Positions 13,944 to 25,899 are shown, counted from the first letter of the stretch. The stretch is DNA of 64,000 nucleotides from Eledone cirrhosa (GCA_964016885.1 OZ024740.1:29450001-29514000), one strand, 5' to 3'. The notes: generated from the sequence alone by a model not told the origin. A program made the numbers and translations.

Positions 13944-13995
<52 letters not shown>

Positions 13996-14042
13996 ATATA
14001 AGGGAACAAAAAATCGGTGTTACATCAAATACATATTTAATT

Positions 14043-14134
14043 ACATATTACATATGTTTCACTGTCGATCAGCTCGAGGAACGATCTATTAATGATCGAA
14101 CCTGATTCTGGAATCAGAAGCTCCTCAGATATGT
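14043..14134 (-). ncRNA. Type I hammerhead ribozyme with branched stem II
   Basis: acatat CTGAGGA gct..agt GAAA catatg TA atatgt; stem I is 6 bp, stem III is palindromic. Confidence 0.75.
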
Positions 14135-14149
14135 TTTAACATTGTATAT

Positions 14150-14405
<256 letters not shown>

Positions 14406-14756
14406 ATTAGAAAGTGAGGTTTTTTTTTTTACAAAATGAAAAATAACCGATGTGTCCTACACGAGTGGAAGTATAAAGAAAAAGGGATGAAATCGAAAAT
14501 GCAACTGAAGTCTTATTTTTTTAAAAAATATATATATTTATTTGGTTCCTTTACCGGTTTCGCAGTTCTTCTGCTTTTCAAAAGGTGAGTTGAGATGGAG
14601 GGTCTGTGGTTTTTCTCACCACAGACCCTCCATCTCAACTCACCTTTTGAAAAGCAGAAGAACTGCGAAACCGGTAAAGGAACCAAATAAATATATATAT
14701 TTTTTTAAAAAATAAGACTTCAGTTGCATTTTCGATTTCATCCCTTTTTCTTTATA
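14406..14756. mobile_element. Perfect fold-back element (arms 14472-14610 and 14618-14756) with ~65 bp tail
   Basis: Perfect 139 bp inverted arms, 7 nt loop, an HHR in each arm, (TA)n flanks. Confidence 0.85.
14643..14680 (+). ncRNA. Minimal hammerhead ribozyme, U3-A8 core (mirror copy 14548-14585, minus)
   Basis: cctt TTGAAAA gcag aagaa ctgc GAAA ccgg TA aagg. Confidence 0.7.
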
Positions 14757-14779
14757 TATATATATATATATATATACAT

Positions 14780-14860
<81 letters not shown>

Positions 14861-14867
<7 letters not shown>

Positions 14868-16315
14868 ATACTTTGGGAGGGTCATGTTGCCAATAAGAAA
14901 CACACGCACCAGTTGCTTTCACTTCAATTTAATTTATTATATATTTATAAATTTACAAATTTATAAATTTATGGTTGGTTGGTTGGTTCCACAACCAGAT
15001 AGTTGTTTATATATATATAGTCATAGTTCTTTCGTCACACACTCTGTGACCTCTTCAGTGACTGGGGATTTCTTTCTTCGTTTCTGTGCCTTTCCTTTCT
15101 TCTATCCTACGCCATTTTGTTTGTGTATGGGTTGCGTGCTCAGTTTGCGCATGCGCCACATCCGGGTGTCTGTGTGTGTTTGTGTTCATTTTTCTATTTT
15201 TCTATTTATATTTTTCTATTTGTTTGTTTATTTATTTATTTATTGTTGGTTGGTTGTTTGTTCTATGTGTGTGTGTGTTTTCATTTTGTCTTGTGTGTGT
15301 TTTCATTTTGTGTGTGTGTTTCAATTGTAAGTTGTTTGTTCTATGTGTGTGTGTGTTTTCATTTTGTCCTTAATTGTAAGTTGTGATGTTGCTGTTCCAC
15401 TCATATTTTCTATTTAATTTTGGTTTTAATTCTTTTATGCTTACTGCCTCTGTAATTTGCCTAAACATTGCGTCTTTCTTGTGTGTGGATTCTATTTTTA
15501 TTTCTATGCTCTCTAATTTACCCCTGTGTTCTATCTTAGCATGTTGGTAGAGCACAGAATCATCTGTGCTCTACCAACATGCTAAGATAGAACACAGGGG
15601 TAAATTAGAGAGCATAGAAATAAAAATAGAATCCACACACAAGAAAGACGCAATGTTTAGGCAAATTACAGAGGCAGTAAGCATAAAAGAATTAAAACCA
15701 AAATTAAATAGAAAATATGAGTGGAACAGCAACATCACAACTTACAATTAAGGACAAAATGAAAACACACACACACATAGAACAAACAACTTACAATTGA
15801 AACACACACACAAAATGAAAACACACACAAGACAAAATGAAAACACACACACACATAGAACAAACAACCAACCAACAATAAATAAATAAATAAACAAACA
15901 AATAGAAAAATATAAATAGAAAAATAGAAAAATGAACACAAACACACACAGACACCCGGATGTGGCGCATGCGCAAACTGAGCACGCAACCCATACACAA
16001 ACAAAATGGCGTAGGATAGAAGAAAGGAAAGGCACAGAAACGAAGAAAGAAATCCCCAGTCACTGAAGAGGTCACAGAGTGTGTGACGAAAGAACTATGA
16101 CTATATATATATAAACAACTATCTGGTTGTGGAACCAACCAACCAACCATAAATTTATAAATTTGTAAATTTATAAATATATAATAAATTAAATTGAAGT
16201 GAAAGCAACTGGTGCGTGTGTTTCTTATTGGCAACATGACCCTCCCAAAGTATAACAATATCGGTTTCAACACACGATTTCAGATAAAGAATCTTGCTAA
16301 ACAAATTCAGAAACG

Positions 16316-16320
<5 letters not shown>
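14861..16320 (+). mobile_element. Penelope-derived 1.4 kb palindrome (~700 bp arms) with 60 bp tail
   Basis: Arms mirror about 15559-15562; each arm encodes a GIY-YIG C-terminal remnant (RQITEAVSIKELKPKLNRKYE) and an HHR. Confidence 0.88.
16058..16102 (+). ncRNA. Hammerhead ribozyme (mirror copy 15019-15063, minus)
   Basis: agtca CTGAAGA g gtcac agagtgt gtgac GAAA gaac TA tgact. Confidence 0.78.
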
Positions 16321-16376
<56 letters not shown>

Positions 16377-17091
16377 AACCAGTAAGACCCCGACAGCTGA
16401 GCTCAAGCCGTTTCGACGGCTAATTCTGGACTAAATGAACATTTATCCTGGTATTTAAATAGCCGATCTTCTCAAGGGGTAATTCCATATATGGTCAAAG
16501 TGATTGTCAAAAATCAGTAGTAATTCTGTGGTTGCAAATTAGTAGGGGAGATGGTGGCTAAACCTGCCAGTAGGAGAAAGAGGGGAGGGGGTGGAGTAGA
16601 CCCAATCAAGCGTTGGTAGTGCCAGCTACAGCTGGGCATGAGGTCAAAGAAGATACAGGGGAGGGGGAGGGGGAGGAAGTCGGAACGGTAGGTAGAACAA
16701 TGGGGGGTAAAAATAGGAAAGAAAAAATACTGAGAGTGAAGAAAAGCAAATAAGTGTAAAGAAAAAATTAAATTCTACGACCTAGGTGTCAGGCTATTGT
16801 TAGGCGAGAATAAAATAAAGAAAGAAAGAAAGAAGTAAATAAATAAATAAATAAATAAATAGGGAAATAAGTAAAAGAACTAATTAGGCAAGGACCCTTT
16901 TAAGAGGTATAAGTACGTAAATGATACGGTGACTGGTCAACAAAAGGGGCCAAAATACTAAAGAGACTACCACGAAATAAACAATAAAGGTTTCCATCCC
17001 GGGCCAGCAACGACCCAGTGCAGCAAAGTGAACTTGTACGACATAATAATTCTGAGTCCCGGGAAAAATATATACTAATGCTAACTCTAAA

Positions 17092-19143
17092 AGACTTAGA
17101 TGGAGAACTTTTTTCTATGACAGATATTGCGACAACCACGACTTCGGCACCAAGGAGAGATTCGGATTTATTACCTACAAATCTCCGCCCCTGAACCCCT
17201 TGCTCGCACCCTTCGAGAATGACCTCTTCCAACTGGTCAAGAACATTAAATTTAAACCCAGACACAACCGATTCCTACAAAAACTCCGTAGCAAATTAAC
17301 AGAGTATGATAACACAAATGACATCATGGTGCATTCGGATAAAACTGGGAACCTATACTTTGTCAACCCTGACAGATACCACACACTGATCAGGAGCAGC
17401 CTAAACTCCACCTATAAAAAGGCCAACCACTCTTGCATCGAGGACATAAATCGAGATGGACAACAAATCACCTCCAGCCTCGGGGTCGCCGACCGCACGG
17501 AACCTCTAGACCCACGGACACCATACTTCACACTGAAGGACCATAAATCCGATTTTGACCGTAAACCCTCCATCAGGCTTATTAACCCAACGAAGTCCGA
17601 CATAGGGAGAATCAGCAAAAAAATCCTAGACCGCGTGATACCAAAAGTCAAGCAACACACCCGACTTAGCCTATGGATCAACACCCAGGAAGTAATCTCC
17701 TGGTTCAGCAATATGGAGGATAAACGAGAAACTAAATTCATACAGTTCGACATAGAGAGCTACTATGCTTCAATCACCTTACCGCTACTTACTGCCGCCT
17801 TGGACTTCGCCGAAACACTCGTGCCCATCACCGACCAGGAAAGAAAAATCATCCTCCACGCCAGGAAGACAGTCTTACTCTTTGACGACTCTAAATGGAT
17901 AAAAAGAGCTCCCGACTCACCCTTCGACGTCAGCATGGGCGCCACGGATTCGGCGGAGGTCACTGATCTTATAGGATTATTCCTAATAGCCAAACTCACT
18001 GATATGTTTCCTGCATTCGGTGGTGGATTGTACCGTGATGATGGGCTCCTTACTCTTAAAGGGTACAACCCCAGTAGTACAGATCGGGTCCGGAAACAAT
18101 TAATCAGATCCTTCCGCGACTGGGGATTTAAAATAACCCTACAAACGTCCCTGACCCGAGTAAACTTCCTGGACGTAACCCTCGACCTCGAAAACGACCT
18201 GTACTACCCATACAGGAAACCTAATGACAATCTGCACTACATCCACCGCCGATCAAACCATCCTAGGAACATCACAAACAACCTGGTCAAAAACATCTCC
18301 CTCCGCATATCCCGTTTGTCAGCTAATGAGCGGATATTCGATGAACATGCGCCTTATTACAACCAGGCCCTCAAGCGGAGTGGTTTCCGGGAGGAAATAT
18401 CCTACTGTCCAGATCCCATTAGCGGAACCAGCAGGAGACACCGCCGCTCACGCAATGTAACATGGTTCAATCCTCCCCACAACGCAGAGGTGACTACTCC
18501 CATCGGGAAACTATTATTTAGGCTCATTGAAAAACACTTCCCATTACAACACCGCTACCACAACATAATTAACAAAAATACCATCAAACTCTCTTACAGC
18601 ACTACACCAAACTTCGCACAAAACATCGTCTCCTCTAACAACAAAAAACTCAACCCCGATGGCAGAAATAACCTAAATAGCAGTGGAGAACCGACCAGGA
18701 GGTGTAACTGCCCGGATAGATCTATTTGCCCACTCGACAATAGATGCAGAGACCGTAATGTGATCTACCAGTGCAACGTGAGGACGGATACCTCCAACAA
18801 AGCCTATATAGGACTTACCGCATGTGACTTCAAGACCCGGCTATACCAACATAGACATACCTTCCGAAACCCGGCCCGGCGTCACGCCACTACACTTTCG
18901 GGCCACATATGGGACCTCAAGGACAACAACATCACCTATGATCTCACTTGGAGATTACTGTCCAGAGCCAATTCTTACACGGGAGGACGCCGTCCGTGCA
19001 ATTTATGCTCGGAGGAAACTTTACAAATGCTGTTTTCGACGGACCAACTCCTAAACAAGAAAGATGAACTGGTTACTGCATGTAAACATAGATTGCGTAG
19101 GACTTACCTCGCCCTCAAACCCCATAATGACCCGGGGGGGTAG
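17092..19143 (+). CDS. Penelope RT + GIY-YIG endonuclease, open but lacking its N-terminal ~35 aa
   Basis: FDIESYY, MG, LYRDD, CNCPDRSICPLDNRC, VIY..YIG..FKTRLYQH; frame is open upstream of 17200 (RLRWRTFF), matching RIRWRAF in the 48801 element. Confidence 0.92.
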   Translation, partial: RLRWRTFFYDRYCDNHDFGTKERFGFITYKSPPLNPLLAPFENDLFQLVKNIKFKPRHNRFLQKLRSKLTEYDNTNDIMVHSDKTGNLYFVNPDRYHTLIRSSLNSTYKKANHSCIEDINRDGQQITSSLGVADRTEPLDPRTPYFTLKDHKSDFDRKPSIRLINPTKSDIGRISKKILDRVIPKVKQHTRLSLWINTQEVISWFSNMEDKRETKFIQFDIESYYASITLPLLTAALDFAETLVPITDQERKIILHARKTVLLFDDSKWIKRAPDSPFDVSMGATDSAEVTDLIGLFLIAKLTDMFPAFGGGLYRDDGLLTLKGYNPSSTDRVRKQLIRSFRDWGFKITLQTSLTRVNFLDVTLDLENDLYYPYRKPNDNLHYIHRRSNHPRNITNNLVKNISLRISRLSANERIFDEHAPYYNQALKRSGFREEISYCPDPISGTSRRHRRSRNVTWFNPPHNAEVTTPIGKLLFRLIEKHFPLQHRYHNIINKNTIKLSYSTTPNFAQNIVSSNNKKLNPDGRNNLNSSGEPTRRCNCPDRSICPLDNRCRDRNVIYQCNVRTDTSNKAYIGLTACDFKTRLYQHRHTFRNPARRHATTLSGHIWDLKDNNITYDLTWRLLSRANSYTGGRRPCNLCSEETLQMLFSTDQLLNKKDELVTACKHRLRRTYLALKPHNDPGG

Positions 19144-20231
19144 ACTGGGGCTATAACACCCCAGTTGCCGATTTTGCAATGGGTAACCCCTGCTTGCCAA
19201 GGAAGACGTAAGATCTTCTTTGTATTCTTTTATCGCATCCTTTATTTCCTTCCCCCCTCTCTCCTTTGTCCTTCTACCCCAGCTCTTCTCCTTTGTCGGC
19301 GTCTTTTCTCGCCCACCCGAGGCTGCCCTTTGGCCCCATGTAGCCTTAGTACCCCCACTCCCCCCTCCCCTAGTCTTTGATAGATTTGGCGGACTCCGCA
19401 CTTTATAGCAGTTGGCTTAGACCCCGGATACTTGCCCCCCTTTTCCGACCGCTCCCACTATTCTCTGTGCCCTCTATATTTCTTAGTGTCACTTATGCCT
19501 TATTTTTTCGTTTCAGTATTTCTTGCTTCGCTTTTCTTCTGGGCGGGGTGGATTCTGAACTTATTTCTCCGTATTCTACCTTTATTTCGTACGAACTTTC
19601 ATGTAGCTTGTTTTAGATCTTTTAGAGTTAGCATTAGTATATATTTTTCCCGGGACTCAGAATTATTATGTCGTACAAGTTCACTTTGCTGCACTGGGTC
19701 GTTGCTGGCCCGGGATGGAAACCTTTATTGTTTATTTCGTGGTAGTCTCTTTAGTATTTTGGCCCCTTTTGTTGACCAGTCACCGTATCATTTACGTACT
19801 TATACCTCTTAAAAGGGTCCTTGCCTAATTAGTTCTTTTACTTATTTCCCTATTTATTTATTTATTTATTTATTTACTTCTTTCTTTCTTTCTTTATTTT
19901 ATTCTCGCCTAACAATAGCCTGACACCTAGGTCGTAGAATTTAATTTTTTCTTTACACTTATTTGCTTTTCTTCACTCTCAGTATTTTTTCTTTCCTATT
20001 TTTACCCCCCATTGTTCTACCTACCGTTCCGACTTCCTCCCCCTCCCCCTCCCCTGTATCTTCTTTGACCTCATGCCCAGCTGTAGCTGGCACTACCAAC
20101 GCTTGATTGGGTCTACTCCACCCCCTCCCCTCTTTCTCCTACTGGCAGGTTTAGCCACCATCTCCCCTACTAATTTGCAACCACAGAATTACTACTGATT
20201 TTTGACAATCACTTTGACCATATATGGAATT

Positions 20232-20325
20232 ACCCCTTGAGAAGATCGGCTATTTAAATACCAGGATAAATGTTCATTTAGTCCAGAATTAGCCGTCGAA
20301 ACGGCTTGAGCTCAGCTGTCGGGGT
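20232..20325 (+). ncRNA. Hammerhead ribozyme in the pLTR, U3-A8 core (mirror copy 16387-16480, minus)
   Basis: acccc TTGAGAA gatcggcta..tagccgtc GAAA cggc ttgagctca gctg TC ggggt; predicted cut after 20320. Confidence 0.78.
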
Positions 20326-20416
20326 CTTACTGGTTCTTATTACCCACTCTACTACCTCAAGTATTGAGTACTTTGGTGCGTTATGGTCCACCTGGTTCCT
20401 TACCACATTTCCTTCG

Positions 20417-20468
<52 letters not shown>

Positions 20469-20509
20469 ATTATATTATATATATATACATTTATATATAT
20501 ATATACATT

Positions 20510-20546
<37 letters not shown>

Positions 20547-20551
20547 ACATT

Positions 20552-20580
<29 letters not shown>

Positions 20581-20584
<4 letters not shown>

Positions 20585-20965
20585 TGAAATAGTGAACAAT
20601 AGCATGGTCAACAGTACAAATAAGGGGTTTTATTTACAGTCTAACAATTGTTTCACTGATTAAGTTGTCTTTCTCTGATGATCTGGTTAAGCTAACAACG
20701 TATTTAAAATTGAGTGGCACTGCTTCAAGTGGTCAGTAATTTTTAGACAACTTAATCAGTGAAACAATTGTTTAGACTGTAAATAAAAACCCTTTTTTGT
20801 ACTGTTGACCATGTTTTTCTTCACTCTTTCAATATTATTACTCCAAGATAAACTTACATTGGAATGCAAGAGAACTCATAAACTCGCCACTTGCAAAAAC
20901 TATCTAAAACTATCTATAATCAGAAGTATTCACAACCACTAACTGGATTACCTATAACGATATTT
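20581..20965 (+). mobile_element. Degenerate fold-back element with HHR (20672-20776)
   Basis: Inverted arms 20581-20670 and 20745-20835; tct CTGATGA tctggttaag..cttaatcagt GAAA caattg TT(t) aga. Confidence 0.7.
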
Positions 20966-21069
<104 letters not shown>

Positions 21070-21159
21070 GATGATGGTGGTGATTTATTTATGTATTTGC
21101 AACACACGTGATAATACCGATTAGCATATATAGCGTATATATAAAGCAGCGACAGCAGT

Positions 21160-23220
21160 GACGCAACAAATCAACAATAACAATAACAACATCAACAATA
21201 ATAATAAAAAAATTCAAAACTACAATAACAACAACATATACTACCGCTACAACAACAAAATCAATAACATAAACAGTAAACATTCACAATAACAATGAAA
21301 GCAACAACAAAGTCATGGCTATTAATTCCAATAATAACAACAACACCAATAACAGCATCAATGACATCAACAACAACAACACCAACAACAACACCAATAA
21401 CAGTAATAAATACAACACCAATAACAACACCAATAACAATAACAACAACACCAACAAAAACACCTAACAATAACAACAACACCAATAACAACACCAACAA
21501 CAACACCAATAACAACACCAATAACAACAACACCAATAACAACAACATCAATAACAACAACACCAATGACATCAACAATAACAACTTCTACGATAAACAC
21601 AGCAACAACAAGATTATGAATAACAATAACAGTAATAAATACAACACCAAAAACAACACCAATAACTCAATCAACAACAACAACAACAACAACAATGATA
21701 ACACCACCAATAACAACAACAACAATGACATCATCAACAACAACAACAACAACAACAATAACAACAATGATAACACCACCAACAACAACAACAATGACAA
21801 CTACTACTACGACAGCAACAACATGAAGATCAATAGAAATGACAGTAATAATTACAACAACAACAGTTCGATCAATGACAACAACAACAATAACTCTAGT
21901 ATGATCAATGACAACAACAACAGCAGCAGCAGTTCGATCGATGACAACAATGAGATCAATACCAATGACAGCAACTAAGTGTAAAAGAAACAGCAGTGCC
22001 ACTTACATCATCACGAATAACAACAACAACACCAATAACATCAACACCAATAACAACAACAACAACAATAACAACACCAATAATAACAACACCAATAACA
22101 GCAATAACAACAACAACAACAAAAACATAAACAACAACATAAACAACAGCAACAACAACAATAAAAATATCAACAACAACAATAACAACGAAACAACACC
22201 GATATTAACAACATTAATAACATTAATAACAACAAAAACAATAACAACAACAACATTAAAAATATCAGCAACAACAACAATAACAACAACAACATCAAAA
22301 TCTCCAATATCGACAATAATAACAGCAATAATTATATTATAACAACAACAATAAAAAAATCAACAACAACAACAACACCAATAACAACAACAACAATAAA
22401 AATAACAACAGCAGCATCAATGACAACCTTAACAGTATTAACAGCAAGGCCACTAACAACACTAGTAATAGCATCAACAACAACAACAACAGCAACAACA
22501 ACAACAGCAACAACAACAACAGTAACATCAACAACAACAACAGCAACAGCAACAACAACAACAACGCAGCAAAGACACCAACAACAACAGCAACAATACC
22601 AACAACAACAAAACAGCAACAACAACAACAACAGCAACATCAACAACAGCAACAACAACAACGCAGCAAAGACACCAACAACAACAGCAACAACAACAGC
22701 CACAACAAAACAGCAACAACAACAACAGCAACAACAAAACAGCAACAACAACAACAACAAGAACAACAACAGCCACAACAACAACAGCAGCAACATCAAC
22801 AACAACAACAGCAACAGCAACAACAACAACGCAGCAAAGACACCAAGAACAACAGCAACAACAACAACAACAACAAAACAGCAAGAACAACAACAGCCAC
22901 AACAACAACAACAACAGCAACAACAACAACAGCAACAGCAACAACAACAACAACAACAGCCACAACAACAACAACAACAGCAACAACAACAACAGCAGCA
23001 GCAACAGCAACAACAACAACAACAGCCACAACAACAACAGTAACATCAACAACAACAACAACAGCAACAACAACAACAACAAAACAGCAACAACAACAAC
23101 AGCCACAACAACAACAACAATAGCCACAACAACAACAGCAACAACAGCAACAACAACAACAAAAATAGCAACAGCAACAACAACAACGCAGCAAAAAACC
23201 AACATCAACAACTACAACTA
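21160..23220. repeat. ~2 kb degenerate (AAC/AAT/AGC)n trinucleotide tract
   Basis: Direct reading; stop codons in all frames. Confidence 0.95.
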
Positions 23221-23242
23221 CCCTACGAAATATACATTAATA

Positions 23243-23400
23243 CAATTGTTTCTACGTGTGGCACAAGACCAGCAATTAACCAGTGTATTACTGGTACATT
23301 ATTTTATCGATCGCGTAAGGATGAAAGGTAAAGTTAACCTCGGCGGGATTTGAACTCAGAGCATAAAGGGCCGTAACTCTTTACTGCAAAGCATGGCGCC
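23243..23400 (-). mobile_element. SINE copy (5'-truncated)
   Basis: Homology to 360-548. Confidence 0.85.
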
Positions 23401-23430
23401 CAATGAATGAAGATCTTAATATCTTAATGT

Positions 23431-23523
<93 letters not shown>

Positions 23524-24195
23524 ACATTAAGATATATATATATGTATTAATGTTATGTATATATATATATATATATATATACATAACATTAATATATATA
23601 TATATATATATATAGATAGATAATTTAATATATCAACTAACATAAGTGCACAGATGCACGCCCATGCTAGCAAATACACAGGTTATGTCATAGTACCTAG
23701 GTGGTTCAATGCAGGAGAATGCAGAACAATAATATAAAAGACGTAAAATAAGAAAATATTTTTTTAAAAAAAAGTTTAAAAAATTTTTTACTTACTTAAA
23801 TTTTCACTCCAACTAATTAGTTTCTGCAATGGGATAAAGACAGTTACGTAATCCAACTGTCGAGAATTCATTGCGTCATCAGGGAGTCTATTCTCAGTTA
23901 AGTCTCCAGGCAATGCGCGGACACTGGCGGCTCATATAAAAATAATAATAATTCGGTAGATCGAACAGCTTGCGAGGACTGGATTCTATGTACCGAAATT
24001 CTCACTGCTTCAAGTCAAATGGCCGATTCTAAAGAATCAATCACGTGACACAGAGGCTAGTTAGAAGGAATGGGATGGTAAGATGACTGACGCCTACTAA
24101 CACCCCAAAAAAAAAGTTTTTTTAGAAGTGGTTTTGGCAAGTTTGCTCGACAAATCAGTGATTTGGAGATTGCCTGGAGACTTAACTGAGAATAG

Positions 24196-24277
24196 ACTCC
24201 CTGATGACGCAAGGAATTCTCGACAGTTGGATTACGTAACTGTCTTTATCCCATTGCAGAAACTAATTAGTTGGAGT
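24196..24277 (+). ncRNA. Hammerhead ribozyme (also 23806-23887, minus)
   Basis: actcc CTGATGA cgcaa..ttgca GAAA ctaattag TT ggagt. Confidence 0.8.
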
Positions 24278-24753
24278 GAAAATTTAAGTAAGTAAAAAAT
24301 TTAAAAAAAATTTTTTTTTTTAAATATTTTCTTATTTTACGTCTTTTATATTATTGTTCTGCATTCTCCTGCATTGAACCACCTAGGTACTATGACATAA
24401 CCTGTGTATTTGCTAGCATGGGCGTGCATCTGTGCACTTATGTTAGTTGATATATTAAATTATCTATATTTATCTCCAAATCACTGATTTGTCGAGCAAA
24501 CTTGCCAAAACCACTTCTAAAAAAACTTTTTTTTGGGGTGTTAGTAGGCGTCAGTCATCTTACCATCCCATTCCTTCTAACTAGCCTCTGTGTCACGTGA
24601 TTGATTCTTTAGAATCGGCCATTTGACTTGAAGCAGTGAGAATTTCGGTACATAGAATCCAGTCCTCGCAAGCTGTTCGATCTACCGAATTATTATTATT
24701 TTTATATGAGCCGCCAGTGTCCGCGCATTGCCTGGAGACTTAACTGAGAATAG

Positions 24754-24835
24754 ACTCCCTGATGACGCAATGAATTCTCGACAGTTGGATTACGTAACTG
24801 TCTTTATCCCATTGCAGAAACTAATTAGTTGGAGT
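24754..24835 (+). ncRNA. Hammerhead ribozyme, tandem copy 558 nt downstream
   Basis: actcc CTGATGA cgcaat..attgca GAAA ctaattag TT ggagt. Confidence 0.8.
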
Positions 24836-24900
24836 GAAAATTTAAGTAAGTAAAAAATTAAAAAAAATTTTTTTTTTTTAAATATTTTCTTATTTTACGT

Positions 24901-24941
<41 letters not shown>

Positions 24942-24945
<4 letters not shown>

Positions 24946-25824
24946 AATTCATATCTAGTAACATATATATACATACAGATGCATATCAATGCTAGCAAAT
25001 ATATAGGTTTTGTCTTAATAACAGTGTGGTTCAATGCATGGGGTTGCAGAACAATAATATAAGAGACGTAAAATAAGAAAATTATAAAATTAACTTACTT
25101 ACTAAAATATCACTTCCAACTAATTAGTTTCTGGAATAGAGTAAATATATTTTCCGAAGAATAATATAAAGAAGCATTCCGTCGTCAGGAAAGTCTATTC
25201 TCATGTAAGTTTGTAATTCAGTGGATAGGAAATAGCGGAGCGTGGACTGAATTCCAAGCCATTGAGAAAATCACTGCCTCTGCGTCGGTGGCAAATTCAA
25301 AAAGAATCGAACACGTGACATCGAGGTCAATCAGTGGAAAGTTATTGAGACAAAACCTATATATTTGCTAGCATTGATATGCATCTGTATGTATATATAT
25401 GTTACTAGATATGAATTCTTTATTATTATCTCCAAATTATTTGTCGAGCAATATTGGCCATGACTGCTGCTACGGTTGTAGGCAGGCCGCTGTCTTATTA
25501 GAAAACCACTTTCCACTGATTGACCTCGATGTCACGTGTTCGATTCTTTTTGAATTTGCCACAGACGTAGAGGCAGTGATTTTCTCAATGGCTTGGAATT
25601 CAGTCCACGCTTCGCTATTTCCTATCCACTGAATTATTTTTTAGTAAGTTTCCAGTGTCCTCGCTTTGCCTGGAAACTTACATGAGAATAGACTTTCCTG
25701 ACGACGGAATGCTTCTTTATATTATTCTTCGGAAAATATATTTACTCCATTCCAGAAACTAATTAGTTGGAAGTGATATTCTAGTAAGTAAGTTAATTTT
25801 ATAATTTTCTTATTTTACGTCTCT

Positions 25825-25826
<2 letters not shown>
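24942..25826. mobile_element. Retrozyme-like fold-back element, 522 bp subfamily
   Basis: Inverted arms; homologous to 61901-62767 and more distantly to 23617-24903; HHRs at 25112-25194 (-) and 25692-25774 (+). Confidence 0.83.
25692..25774 (+). ncRNA. Hammerhead ribozyme
   Basis: actttc CTGACGA cggaatg..cattcca GAAA ctaattag TT ggaagt. Confidence 0.8.

Positions 25827-25898
<72 letters not shown>

Positions 25899-25899
<1 letters not shown>

Larger units (their letters stand above)
16372..20420 (+). mobile_element. Penelope-like element (Hydra-clade-like) with 723 bp inverted pLTR arms and 80 bp tail
   Basis: 16372-17094 is the reverse complement of 19618-20340; RT-GIY-YIG ORF lies between; (TA)n flanks. 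Confidence 0.93.
23617..24903. mobile_element. Non-coding retrozyme-like element: inverted monomer + 1.3 tandem 558 bp monomers
   Basis: 24169-24345 repeats at 24727-24903; 23617-24170 is a permuted reverse-complement monomer; three HHRs. Confidence 0.85.

Noticed and set aside
16372-20340. DNA transposon with long TIRs
   Set aside because: The enclosed protein is RT + GIY-YIG and the arms are inverted pLTR copies with an asymmetric tail.
21160-23220. Poly-Asn/Gln/Thr ORFs as a prion-like or mucin gene
   Set aside because: Frames shift and stop repeatedly with no unique domain; explained as a trinucleotide tract.
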